This document shows positions 26,722 through 40,039 of a DNA stretch of 64,000 nucleotides, piece after piece. Under the pieces are notes generated by a model. The model saw nothing but the letters and a program-made list of their open reading frames with translations. It was not told the DNA's origin and ran no database searches. Numbering within the stretch: position 1 is the stretch's first letter; the number at the start of each line of letters is the position of its first letter. The position numbers and the translations under genes were made by a program. The DNA lies in contig NC_134027.1 in assembly GCF_964204645.1 (NCBI RefSeq), positions 13,362,485-13,426,484 of the forward strand. Reading direction: 5' to 3'. This DNA comes from Tubulanus polymorphus (taxonomy: Eukaryota; Animalia; Nemertea).

Positions 26722-27798
26722 ATGAAAAAGGAACAATATTTAAGAGAGTTATATTATAACCCTGAGAGTGAAGTATCATATTCTAGTATTTCAGAATTAT
26801 GGGATAAAATAAAATTTGATAAAGAAAATATAAAATGTGAAGTGAATTAAGATTATGGCTAAAAAATCGACCCACATATCAAATACATAAGAAAATGGAT
26901 ACAAATTATTTAACAAGAAAAGTTATGGTTTCATATATTGATCAACAATGGCAAGCAGATTTGATTGACATGAAGAACTTAGAAGAACACAATAAAGGAT
27001 ATTTCTGGACACTGAATGTTATAGATATATTCAGCAGAAGTATTGGAGTATTCCAATCAAAAATAAAACTGGTATAGAAGTAACCAATGCTTTTAAATCA
27101 ATATTTAAAGAAGCTATTCCAGGTAAGATCCAATTTGATGAAGGTAAGGAATTTTATAATAAACATTTTTTTAAACTATTATCTGATAACGATGTAGAGT
27201 ATTTTTCAACACACTCAGATAAAAAAGCATCTATTATAGAACGGTTTAATAAATCATTGAAAACTAGAATGTGGAAATACTTTACTGCTAATGAAACATA
27301 TAAATATATCGATGTATAAGATGATTTAGTGAACGGTTATAATAATTCCAAACATTCAAGTATTTGTATGAAACCTATACAAGCTAGAAAAGAAGATAAT
27401 TCCGAAATGGTATGGAATAATTTATATGGAGCATTTGTTACACTTGATTTCGGAGAACCTAAATTTAAAATTGGACAACATGTAAGAATATCTAAATATC
27501 GAAAAACATTTTATAAAGGTTATACTCCAAATTTTACTGAAGAAATATTTAAGATTAAAAAGATAATATTAACGAAAGCTTTTGTATATAAATTAGAAGA
27601 TTTAAAAGATGAAGATATATTAGGTTATCTTTATGAACAAGAATTATCACTTGTACCAAATCCAGATGAAATAGAATACAAAATAGAAAAAGTATTGAAA
27701 ACAAAAACTCTTACAAGAAAATTATTCTTTGGTGAAATATAAAGGGTATGATGATAAATTTAATGAATGGATTTTATCTAGTAAAATTAAAAGAATAA
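26722..27798 (+). pseudogene. RVE integrase with chromodomain, frameshifted
   Basis: WQADLIDM; YKIEKVLKTK; close copy of 15319-16393. Confidence 0.92.
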
Positions 27799-28322
27799 AT
27801 GAATAAAGATTTATTTATATTTGAGCCACATAATATGTCAGTTACTGGTGTAACCAACTGTGGTAAAACACATTTCATATTAGATTTGTTAGAAACTATT
27901 TTTAGAAATCATTTTGATAATATAATATTATTCTGTCCTACTTATGAAATGAATAAAACATATAATAGAGATATAGTTATGATAAAAAAGTTTATTATCT
28001 CATAAATTGTGCTAATTTACATGATTCAAAAATTAGAGAAAGTGAGTTATGCTATTTAGCTTTCTCTGGAAGACATTTTGGAATAACAACATGGGTTTTA
28101 AATCAAAAATGTAATTCAATTGTGAAAGACTTTAGAGAAAACATTAGAATTTTAGTATTATTCTACAATAAAGATAGAAAATCAATGCAACAATCATTGG
28201 AAGAAAATAAAATTATACCTACTGAATTACATGATGAATGTATGAATAAATCAAAAAGTAATAAAGGTTCCAAATCATTACTGAGACTACAATTTCCTTA
28301 TGAATATAAATTTATAAAATAA
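27799..28322 (+). pseudogene. Packaging ATPase with internal deletion
   Basis: GVTNCGKT Walker A; C-terminal LQFPYEYKFIK as in element 1. Confidence 0.88.
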
Positions 28323-28359
28323 AATCATAATTTGGAATATGTTAGAATTTTGAATTGTG

Positions 28360-28408
28360 TATGAATGGATGAGTGGATGAATTGGATGAATGGATGAATG
28401 GATGAGTG
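28360..28408. repeat. (GAATGGAT)-like short tandem repeat at the convergent gene junction
   Basis: atgaatggatgagtggatgaattggatgaatggatgaatggatgagtg. Confidence 0.8.
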
Positions 28409-28489
28409 TAATCATATATAATTTACATATGTTTTTATTTAAAAAACACTAAGAGTTTGATTTTAAGTTATTTATACTATATTTAAATA

Positions 28490-29406
28490 TTATCTTAATG
28501 AAGTGAATGTTGCTCTTGAAAATATTTTTGGAATATAATTTTCGATTTCAGTTTTAGATGGATGGTTATTTAAAAATTCTCTAAAATCATCATATTTAAG
28601 TTCAACTAAGTTCATTGCATAAGTTACATTTGGTTTAAAGTTATTTAACTTTTTCAATATGGTAACTATATCATTACTCGAGAAATAATCTATAAATGTT
28701 TTTCTATACCACCGATAATCTAATATATTCATTTGATTAAATTTTGGATTTATAATTAATGGATTTTCTATTACATTATCTGTACCTATATGTTTAATTG
28801 AGCATTTATGATTCAATTGTTTATCATATATTACATATTCTTTACATTTTTCACACCAAGATTTAAATACGTATATTGCATGGGCTGAATCATTTCCACC
28901 TTTTGTTTTTAATTTATAATGTTTTGCCCAATAAGCGTTTGATATACATTCATTACAGAAGGCACAATAATTTTGGTCTTCTTTGCATTTATCTTTACAT
29001 ATATTAGTATATATTTTTACTGATTGTAAAATATGTTCATCTTTTTTGACGTGCAATAAATGATCATTATTATTATCAAAATCTTCTTCACAATACACAC
29101 ATCTGATGTTATCTTCTATTTTAGATTCAACATTATCTTCTTTTTTTGTTTCAATATTATCTTCTATTTTTGTTTCAATATTCTTATTATTAGATGTAGA
29201 AGGTATATTATCTATATTATCATTATTATTATCTTTTTTATTTATATCATTATTACGTTCAATTAAATATTCTTTGTATTGATTTAATTCATTAAATAAA
29301 AATGTTCCAATATATTCATTTATTCTTTATAAGGTATTACATAATACAAATCATCATTGATTTCTTTATCAGCTTTGATTCTTTCATATAACTTACCTTC
29401 ATCCAT
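28490..29406 (-). pseudogene. Element-specific Cys/His-rich (zinc-finger) protein
   Basis: ORF 28490..29098 with CAFCNEC..HYKLKT, CEKCK..HKCSIKH; occupies the same slot as 13570..14358. Confidence 0.6.
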
Positions 29407-29438
29407 TCATTATAGAATTTTTTATTAAAACTGAAATT

Positions 29439-30686
29439 TTAATACATAACACTATTAAATTGAGAATTTACGAAATTTAATTGCGCGTCAGATATGATAT
29501 AAATGTACATTTTGAAATTTTTGATTCCTATTTTCTTTTTCATGAATAATTGTATTCCATCTGTAGTGTTCTGTAGTTCTTTCCCAGAACCATGTAATGA
29601 ATTATCCTCAGTTGTTCTAAAATCTAACAATAATGTGTATTTATTACCGGTATAATAATCAATTTGATTAATATTACAATTTTCAGATGATTTCATTTTT
29701 TCATTCATAAAATGTTTTCTAATTTCTGGCCATTGATCAATCACTCTCATTCCTTGACAGAATATTTTATTTGCTATACCTTCGATGGTTATTTCTACTT
29801 TTGTTATTTCAGGATTATAATACTTATCAACCTGTATTGCACCATTAGAATATGTTCCATTTGTAAAAAAATATTAATATACCTTTAATAGATCTTCTAG
29901 GGAAGTTAATATTCTCATTAATTATTTCATCATTTGCATTAATAGTTACAGTTTTAAATTTATCAATATAATCATATAATAATGAAAATCCCTGATTGTA
30001 TTGAGTTTGAATTATGCTTGAAATATTTTGATCAGTTACTGTATCATATTCTAAACATATATTCGATAATTTATAACCCATATATTTAACAACGCTTGAT
30101 AATACAATTTCATTAACAGGAGCAAATGTTATTTCAAATATAATATCTTCTTGAATTGCATATTTATACAAAGGTGCATTATTATTTATCAATTCAAAAT
30201 CTAATGGAATTTTGTATTTGCTTCCATAAATCTTTTTTATCAAATTATCTGTAGCATTAGTTATTATTGCATTATTAGCTTCTGATCTTAATTTATTATG
30301 GTTTTCTGATTGGATGCTTGAAATATCATATTATTTCTATTTTCTTTTGTTAACCATAAATCTTAATAATGCATAAATAAATTATAATCATCTAATGAAT
30401 AAACTGTTTCTGGTCCAATCTTTATAGTAAATTTTTTAATCAAATATCTTCCAACATTATCAACAACATAATTGTTATCATGGCCAGTTACTTTTATATC
30501 AGCTGATAAATAAATACTATTTGGAACATAAAAAGTATGTTGTGTTAATCGAGGAATTCTAACATATAAAGTTTCATCGGGATTAATATTAGAAGGATTA
30601 CGAGTTATTATATGATGAGATCTTTCTGCTTTAATAGCATTAGATATTCTAGAACTCTTAGAAGGATTTATGTAACTCCCACTCAT
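29439..30686 (-). pseudogene. Putative major capsid protein, disrupted
   Basis: Three ORF pieces nearly identical to 12280-13537. Confidence 0.75.
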
Positions 30687-30710
30687 TTATTTAACAAAAA
30701 AATTAATTAT

Positions 30711-32447
30711 TTATTTTTTATTATATTCACTAACCCAAAAATCATTGCACTTACAACTGTAATTGAAAAAAAAAATAATATGTTCAGCAGCAAAGTTGAT
30801 AATATTCCCAGCAGATTTTAATATAAAACCAACAATCGATGCAATAATTCCGGGTAAAGCCGCAGCAGATTTTTTAGATAGTTCCCATAAATATTTTGCT
30901 AATTTCTTTAAACCATCTTTAACTTTAACTTGTATAGAATTATTATTATTCGGTGGTTTATCAGGTGGTTTAGGATTTGGTGTAGGAGTAGATTTTAATG
31001 AATTTGACATAGCTAAACCTATTGTTGTGACCATAGTTGCAGCTGTTAGAATTGAAAGAATTGTTATACCTTCTAACTTAGATAATAATTTTATTCCATC
31101 TTTCAATGATATTTTAGAAGAATCTGGTTTAATTATTAAATCTTTAAAAATAACTTTTAATTTTTTTAATATGATTAAGATCATATGATTTTGATAATAT
31201 ATCTCTTTCTTTTTCCTGTAATTCTTTGTTATATTTTAAATCATCAATTTCTTTTTCTAAAGCTAATTTTCTGCATTCATATATAACTTCATCAATTACT
31301 TGAAGATATTTATTTAATTCTAATTGTTTTAATTCTTCATTTGCATTAGTTAATTATTTTTCTAACATGGTTATTTTAGAAAATCTCATCTTAATATTAG
31401 CAATTTCACCAGCTGATTCTTGCATACCTTTAATTTCTCTACGTGCTTGTTCAGGAAATATTTTTAATTGTTCTTCATTTAAATCAAGTAATCCTTTTTT
31501 AATAAAGATTGCATTCGATTTGTCCCAGTTTCAGTACCAGGTGTATCTAAAACACTAATCATATCTTCTTCAAATGAATTCATTGTATCCAGTAAGTTAT
31601 CTAAATGTTTTCCTAATTGTAATTGACTTGAATCATTATCAAGTTGTTGAATATCTCTTCTCGATGTTTCTGGTGTTGAAGTTCTTAATTTATCTAATCG
31701 ATCTCCATACTCTTCCATTTCTGGATCAACATAAGTAGGATTTAAATTTGGATTTTTAAATGGTGAATATTTGTTAATATCAATATTCGGATTTGGTCTT
31801 TCTTCATTTATTCTATCGAGTGAATTCCATATAATTCTGAGAAATTCTGAACGACCTTTTGAACATTCAATTGAAGATCTTGCTAGCATTCCAGGTTCAA
31901 ATATATTTTCTTGACCCATTCTAGATAATAGTATTGATACAGTTCTGTTATTTAATTCAACATTATAAAACCATGCATCATTTTTAAATTCTAAATTATT
32001 CATAAAAAATGGGTCATCTTGCAAAAAAATTTGCATTACAACACCTTCTGAATCAACTTTATCTATTACATCTTTTGGTAATAGTTCGTTAACAATTGTA
32101 ACTATTACTCTACTTTTCATTAATTATAATTATTCTTTCAATTCAGGGTTTTCTGTTTTTTCTAATCTATCAATTAAATCTTTTCTAAATATTATGGGTT
32201 TAATTACTCCCCTTTCGTGAGCTGTCATATATTCTTCAAATTTTTTGCGCGTTTCAGTATCATCTTTAAATTCATCATAATCATATAATATAGGCCCACT
32301 AGAATCATCTTAACCTAAATTATTATTATATGCTGCTCCATCATCCTTATCAATATTAGTTTCATTAAATTCAGGTTGTGGTTCATCACTTATACCAGGG
32401 GCGTCACCAAAAGTATCCAATGGAATTTCTTCTCCACCTTCTACCAT
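30711..32447 (-). pseudogene. Acidic / coiled-coil / hydrophobic-tail viral protein with a divergent middle
   Basis: Tail TPTPNPKPPDKPP...SAAALPGIIASIVGFILK; middle ORF 31479..32120 unlike the other copies. Confidence 0.75.
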
Positions 32448-32464
32448 TTACATAATAAAGAAAA

Positions 32465-33764
32465 TTAAGATTTAAATTATAATATTCCTCCAATTACAAT
32501 TCCTATACAAGTAATAGCTAATTTAGTATTTTCATGTGATTTATTATCATTATTAGTTTTACTTATTTCATGTTGAATAATATCAGTTTTTATATTTTCC
32601 GATGTATTGTAATCTTTTATTTTAGAAACATAGTTTTAGTTTCTGTTGATTGAATATTTTTTTAAATTTTTTTCACCTTCCATTAATTTTGGAGCAGTAA
32701 TAATCTTTTTATTTATATCATTTAATCCAAATGAATTATTTATTGTTGCAGTTTTAATTAGATTATTATAACCAATTATATTTCCCATTTTTAAAACTAA
32801 ATCATTAGAAATAAATAATAAATTAGGGCCTATACAATAATTTAATCTAATATGTGATTTATCTAAATAATTTGATATCTAACTATATTTTCTGGAATCG
32901 ATCTATTTTTATCATTATGAATGGAATCTTCAAATAAAAATAAATTGTTTCTGCGCGTGAAATGAAGTATTATCATTTCCAACTATTGATGATCTTGTTT
33001 CAACCTGTAAACGTAACAACTTAAATCAAATAAGTTCTAATTGATTGATTTATTCTCCGTATTCCAGCTTTAGTAAAACCTTCACTATTTTCTAGAATAA
33101 AATAAATCCATCCATTATTGTTTTGTTGTTGTATATTATTATAATATTTTCGTAATTCATTCCAATTTAGTTTTCTAGTATCTGTATTTGTTATTATTTT
33201 ACCAAATTCTTTAATATATAATATTCCTAATCCACCCATTGTACCAATTTTTGCTCTAAAATCATTATTTGAGTTAATATTGAATTCATTGCATATCTTA
33301 TAAAACTTAGAAAAATTGATATTATTATTTAGTTCATTAAAATATTTTGAAGCTGGTAAAGAACAATCTAATTCATCTAATATTAATTTTATTTGAAAAT
33401 ATGTATGAAATCTAAAAAGTGATAATACTACTGGTAAACTTGGTTTATTTAAATGATCATTCCAACTTATACCACACCCTGTTGTTGCACAATAAACTGC
33501 AAAATTTAATTGGTTCTGCCAATATTTCATATTAGATTTTAATAACCATTGTTTTGCCTCATTTAAATTTTCAAAATTAATTACGTAAACATTGAATATA
33601 TTTTCCACCTTAACATTAAAATTATTAGTTTCAGTAACATAAATATCTAAATTAATTAATGAATCTAAAACTTCATTTCTATATGAAATATCTTTATTAA
33701 AATCAATTGCAGGAATATTATATTTAATTGATTTATTATATTGGAAAGCTTTTGGAAACCCCAT
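32465..33764 (-). pseudogene. Conserved ~450-aa viral protein, disrupted
   Basis: MGFPKAFQYNKSIKYNIP...QNQLNFAVYCATTGCGISW. Confidence 0.8.
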
Positions 33765-33780
33765 TTATATAATTAAAAAA

Positions 33781-34899
33781 TTAATAATTTATTGATTCTT
33801 TTAATAATTTATCTTGTTCTTCAACTGTTATATTACCATTTAAACTTATTATATAATCTAATGTATTTTTTAATTTATTAATTTCGTTTATATTAGATTT
33901 TATTTTTTCTTTATTACTTTTTATATTTAATTTTGAACTTATACCGGTTAATACACTTGAACTTAAACCTAACACACCAATTGATATAGCTAAAGGCGTT
34001 AATGGACTGAATATTGCTAGAAATGTTATAACGGAACTAAGTGTAACTGAACCACTAATAATAAAATAATATATAATTTTAGATTTTAAATATTTTTTCT
34101 TTTTTATCTTTAAGTCACTTTAAAATTCTAATATTTGTTTTTCCAAATATGATTTTAATTTAGTTTTATTTATATTATGAGGAATAATATTAATATTATC
34201 AACTTTATCATCCATTTATTTTGAAAAGAAATTACTAATTAGTAAATTTATATGCTACAAATATAACAATAACAGTTCCACCTAAAATCCAAATTATTTC
34301 ATATTTCTTCTGTTCACTACTTGGGATATAATAATCTGATATTGTAGGTTAATGTACATGTAATTTTTCTTTATTTGTTACTGCGTTGTATAAACTCATA
34401 GCTTCATCGACTGATTGTAAATCTCTATGTGAAATCTTCTGATCATATAATTCTTTATTGATGTAATCCATATAGTTTTGTCTTTTTTCTCTATATTCTT
34501 CTGCTGCTTTATTATATTTCTCTAATGCTAAATTATGTCTTTTTTGTTCTGATAATGATCAATTTTTATCAATATGCTTAATATCCACCACCAGTAAATG
34601 CCAAAGCGTTAACAATTGCTGACCCTATAATAGTTATAATTGCAGATGCCATTTATTTAGCAAAAAAATTATGCATTTATATAGGAGGAATATATTTCTG
34701 TTTTTCCTAAATAATCAATAGTTTAATTAGATAAAGTTACAGCTAATGTTAATTTTAAGATATCATTTATATCAAATCTATCAACATTAACACTTCCCAT
34801 TTTAAATACTTTTTTTAATACCATTGAATAACCAACAGTTCCAAATGATAGTAAGGCACCATTATATAATCCAGTTATTATCCACTTATTATCACTCAT
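33781..34899 (-). pseudogene. Three small hydrophobic viral genes (73-, 140- and 141-aa homologs), disrupted
   Basis: Starts at 34899, 34652 and 34215; reverse-complement homologs of 57480-58593. Confidence 0.75.
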
Positions 34900-35255
34900 T
34901 TATTTATCAAAAAATCACCTTCTTCAAAATATTTAGTTATATTATTTATGATTAATTCAACATTCATTTCATTACTACTTTCATTGGTATATATTTCAAT
35001 TATTATTTTTTTAATATCATCGATGATAAAATATTCATCTAATTCATAAAATCTTAATGACACTCTAATTAAATCAATAATCTTTTCTACATTAAAAGTT
35101 TCTTTATTTATTGTTTTTTTATACTCAAATGTTGTTTCATTAAAAAATGCAATATTCTTAATATGTGTAATTATATCATTAATGTTAAATTTCATTTCTT
35201 TCTCACGTTTAAAATCAAATCCAAAACATATACTCGGTCCTACTGTAATATTCAG
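34896..35255 (-). pseudogene. Homolog of the 113-aa viral protein
   Basis: VGPSICFGFDFKREKEMKFNIND... Confidence 0.65.
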
Positions 35256-35271
35256 TTATATAATGAAAGAA

Positions 35272-36026
35272 TTACTCTCTACATCATATAATTAATTCTT
35301 AAATTGCAGGAAAGTCATTCAAATCAATTAAATAACCATTATGATTTCTTATTTCTAATTTGAAATTATTGAAATGTGGAATGCATGGTTTAAATACGCA
35401 TTCTGTTAAATTATAATTAATTTGCGTTCCAAATTGTTTAACATTTTTTAATGGCAGAATATTTAATATACTAGAATTACAAATTACGTCTTTAGTTGCT
35501 TCGAATATTTTTGTTGGATCAATTAAATTGCAATAAATATGAAAATGCGTAAAAGGTATTATATTTGAGCTACCTCCTGCGTTTCCAGTAACAACATGCG
35601 GTTTAATTCCTAACATTTTAGCTACTGGTTTGTTAACCATACATTTAGGTTGATCATTAGCTATCTTTATTCTTATTTTATTAGAACTATCAATTTTATT
35701 AAATTTAATTTCAAATACAGAAGTACCACCGATTTTCAACCGAGCTCTTCTATTAATTTCCTGCGCTAATGATTCTAAATTATATAATCCTGGTTTTAAA
35801 AATAGATGATACCATTTATTTTTATTTCTCAAATAAACCATAAACCCTCTATGTTCGAAAGTTTTATCCGATATATTATAAAAGAATTACATAAACTTAC
35901 ATTTACTAATTTTAAATCAACACAATTCTTAAATTCTCTATCTAATTGTTCTAGTAAATTATGCGATTTAGAATTTAACAGTTTTCTTGAATCAACAAAT
36001 ATTCTATATTCTTTTAATTCTGCCAT
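35272..36026 (-). pseudogene. Putative minor capsid (penton) protein, frameshifted
   Basis: MAELKEYRIFVDSRK...KLEIRNHNGYLIDLNDFP. Confidence 0.75.
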
Positions 36027-36049
36027 TTATTTTACATATTTTTATATTA

Positions 36050-36413
36050 TTCAAAATCTATATCATGGTGCCCTTTTTCATTCTTACCCTTATATGTGAA
36101 ATAGAAATCACCTGAACATAATTATTCTAGATCTTCACTTGATATTCTATGAAATCTATCTGGTAAATATGTTCTGAATTTATATGTATTTCCTTTTAAT
36201 CCTTCATATTCTAAGTGGATAACTAATTTATCTCCATATTTGTTAGTAACTGTATCAATATTTGTAATTATATATTTCTTATGAATTGTTAATTCATTTA
36301 ACTTCTTGAATTTATAATCTACAGATTATAAATTAATCTACAGCATTTGTGATATCTTTGATTCTATCTAGAAATGATTTGTTGTTCTCACTGTGTACTT
36401 GTTAACTCTCCAT
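36050..36413 (-). pseudogene. TIR-embedded small protein, right copy of element 2
   Basis: Inverted homolog of 25254-25595. Confidence 0.7.
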
Positions 36414-36577
36414 TTTAATAACATATTTTAAATCAAAACTGAACATAACACTTACCTCTCAACGCGTCCCGCCGCCACGTATGAGTCCCACCACGTTTGC
36501 GTCCCGCCTATTTATACTACTATATATATACAGTGGGGAAAACCCAGTTGCGTGTTGAGACTTGTAAATTATGAGGC

Positions 36578-36732
36578 TTGTGATTGGCTATTGCAATAGG
36601 GAATACTCAACTGTGATTGGATAGACTAATACTCAACTGTGATTGGATAGAGTAATAGGGAATACTCAACTGTGATTGGCTGGAAATACTCAACTGTGAT
36701 TGGCTAGAGTAATACTGAACTGTGATTGGCTA
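36578..36732. repeat. Tandem array of aatactcaactgtgattgg (5 full copies plus 1 partial) in the element 2 TIR
   Basis: Visible repeats, each containing CCAAT on the - strand. Confidence 0.88.
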
Positions 36733-39700
36733 ATAACACATTATTATTCGAAAATGGAATTATTAAATTCATGAAATCAATTGTTAAGCTGAAAAAAGAA
36801 AAACGGTTATGCTTCGGTCAAAGGAATGATAGAGAAATTGTTACCTAGCAGTGCGGGTTTGCGTAGAACGTGTGATTCAGCTGTTAGCACTGACCGAGGC
36901 TACAATATTGTAACCTAGGTCAGTTCACTGCACAACTTTTTTTGTAAACACTGACCGAGGCTACAATATTGTAGCCTAGGTCGGTTCACTGCATGACCTT
37001 TGCTTGCGATTACTGGCCCAACCCCAGTCGGTTGTTTTTACAGTATTTGAAGTACTGGCTAATTGGATGTTACCATAAATAAACAGTATTTTGAAGATGG
37101 ACAGAGAGAATCTATTTTTCATTTCGTCTTGAGAAGGTCCTACTGTTCAAAATATGAATTGAAATATAAAGGATGGAGTTAGTTTCCTTTCCCAATACTG
37201 TATTTATGCTTTTAATCACGAAGGATAATTGTGTTATAGCAATTATAGTGATAACCTACGACAGTTTCAAATTCACGTATTAGAAAACGACAATTATCTT
37301 TAAATTCCAAATTTCATTTGGAAAGCGGCGTTTATGCGCACAATTCCTAATATGTCAGAATTCCGAAAACTATGGATTCACACGGTTAGAATGTTAACTA
37401 AATAAGTTTCGTCCGAGCAACGGCGAAACTTCACGGGTTGGTGCGGTCTGTGCGCTGTATGAACGGGTTTTTGGTATCAAATGTAAAATACCGGCCGTGT
37501 ACATGTTCGGATTTGTACCGATACATTGAGTTTAGTTCAATTTTTGGATCATTATAGTTTAGGAGCTCTGTGTGACGTCACTGAGCGCGCTGATCAAAAA
37601 CAGTCTGCACACTGTGAGCATCACATGTTGCTTGGTTTTAAAGGACAGTGTGCTAATTGACTATACATGAAAATGGGCTTGACCAAAATTTTCTTCCTGA
37701 CAGAGGAATGTATAATCGCACTGATATAGCTGTCTTGCAAGGTTGAAGGGTGTTTGAACTTCGCCGAATTCAGTTAAAATTCAATTAAACACAATAATTA
37801 ATAAAATCTTATTGACGGAAATTTACCGCTATATTTAGGTTATTTTTCAGTACGTTTTAAAATTACATTGATTTCATCGTTCGAGAGGTCACTGATGGGC
37901 GCAAAAGAATTTTAATTGAGTCCAGTTGGGAGAATATTCCCTTACTTTAGGGTGATTTAGTATTTTATGAATCAAGAAATTATTTACAATGGACTAATTT
38001 CCGCTAGCAGCAAAACAACACACTGTTATCTGAACTGTCAATCATTACGTCGTGTCTAAATAAATATGCGTGATTTCCACGCGAGAACCAAACAAGACGG
38101 TTGTTAGTAGACGTACTCAAGTTGGATGGTCAGGAGTCAACAACGGTTTAAATAATTTATAAAAACAGATGTAAGCACTTGTAAACTTGTGAACAGAGGA
38201 AATATCAACATATATACATAATTGTGTCTAACTTTCTCCTGTCTGGTTTTATGTTAAATATATCCCGAACAAAGATTTTGTTTGAATGAATATTCAAATA
38301 TCGATCCGGAAGATAAATTCGGCCAACAACATTTTATTTTGAGTTGAAATAATGACCTGTTGACTCGGTAAGACAGCTGTTCGATTTACCGGGTGCGCAC
38401 TACTATGTTTTAAATGGCTATGAAAACGGAGTCGAACCAAGAACAGCAATTAAGCTTGATGTCTCGTTTCCCTCACAGTTGACATATCAGAATCAGTTTT
38501 CTCAAAATCTGTTTCTTACCGAAGTCCTTAGCTTGATTCGTGCTTGAATATGTACATAAGATTTTACAAATGAACACAAAGATATAACAAGAATTGAGGT
38601 CTTGGTTATTCGGTGACAAGTCGAATCGTTTGGAACTAAGAAAAATCCTCAGACTTAGAAAAGTCTGGCTTAAGTTGAATTTCCGAAAAGTACGACTACT
38701 AATTGTTTCTGTTATCGGAAATTAAATCAACATCTACATCTAATGTATCTATTGATACGAAACGGTTTTAGGAACGTAGATTGATTGAAAGTTACGGAGA
38801 GGGAGGGGTAGCTAGCTCTATCGCATTAAAACGTTATTGCTCAGTTATACAGATGGCATTCACCCATTTAGCTCAAACAACAAACACATTTCTGCGCAGA
38901 AAAATACCAAGGCTATATATGCTTAATTATGTATTTTATTGATACAGACAATAAAATCGCTGTCCGCGTTTTGTCCCCTTGCTTAAGTCAATTACGTTTG
39001 TTGTCGAATACAAATTAATACAGGTCAGCAGAATTTAAGGGCTTTCACCGTTGAGTAGTTGCCTATCTGTCATGAGGCCTGATCAGGCACATGTGTTATA
39101 TTAGAAATACAATATGACTTTTCAATTTTTTAGGCGAAACGATGCCTTAAATATATTCCCCGCGTCTTGATTTTCTTGAGGGATTTCTCTTGATTGTTAA
39201 AACAATATCAAATCATCCTGTCTCAAAAAGTATGAAATCTAGGCTGAAATATGTAGCCCATTTGGAATTGTATGAAATGTTCAAAATAAGCCATTCGACC
39301 CTGTTATCAAACATATCATTGTTCTTTAAAACACTTATCAAATATCTGAGGATTTTTAAGCCGAGCTTCAAACATTTCGATTCCTGAACTAAAATAATTA
39401 TGTGGCAGGTAATTATCGAAGCCTATATGACTATGAATATGTTTTTTAGGTGACTGTTTAAGGTGTTCCTTTTATCCGGGAAGGATTTGTTTCAATCTCA
39501 CTTTTAAGATATCAACTATGAAAAGTAACGGTATCGAGTAATCGCTGGCAGATTTAGCAGTTAAAATCGTCACATTTTTTAAATGTTTGCGTTGATGAAG
39601 GCGATTAGAGGGACACATGGCATCCACTGCTTATAAAACAGTAGATAGATTTCTGGAGATTTAGTTTGGATGCTCTGATGAACTCTATCAGCTGTTGGTT

Positions 39701-40039
39701 GGTTAAAGTATAGCAGTGCTAAATTTCTATGGTTATAGTACATTGCAGGTGACCCAAATGATTCGCCTGCTGCCTGGATACTATAAACCTGGTACCTACG
39801 AGCATGGACTCGTTTAGATGGATGTCTGGACGTTATAGTACAGTGTTCATGACTATAGACCCGGGTGACCCGAATTCCCCACCTGCCTGAAAATCTCGTA
39901 GCGGAGGTAACGCGTATATCTTTGCTGCACACCGATCTCCTTGAAAGGTCAAAATGCTATTTTTGTGAAGAAGTACACGGGCCTCTCCATACTCTGATAC
40001 TTTTAACGCAGGATACATAAATATTTAACCAATACTTTT

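Larger units (their letters stand above)
25245..36735. mobile_element. Polinton-like element 2, inverted relative to element 1, PolB largely deleted
   Basis: Same gene order as element 1 in reverse; inverted copies of the small TIR gene at both ends. Confidence 0.9.

Noticed and set aside
30763-31188. Antisense ORFs (also 11552..11803, 13830..14126, 49889..50152, 58305..58511, 60074..60292, 60989..61369)
   Set aside because: Shadows of real genes on the opposite strand
36578-36732. CRISPR-like short repeats
   Set aside because: Spacers are only about 5-15 bp and related to each other
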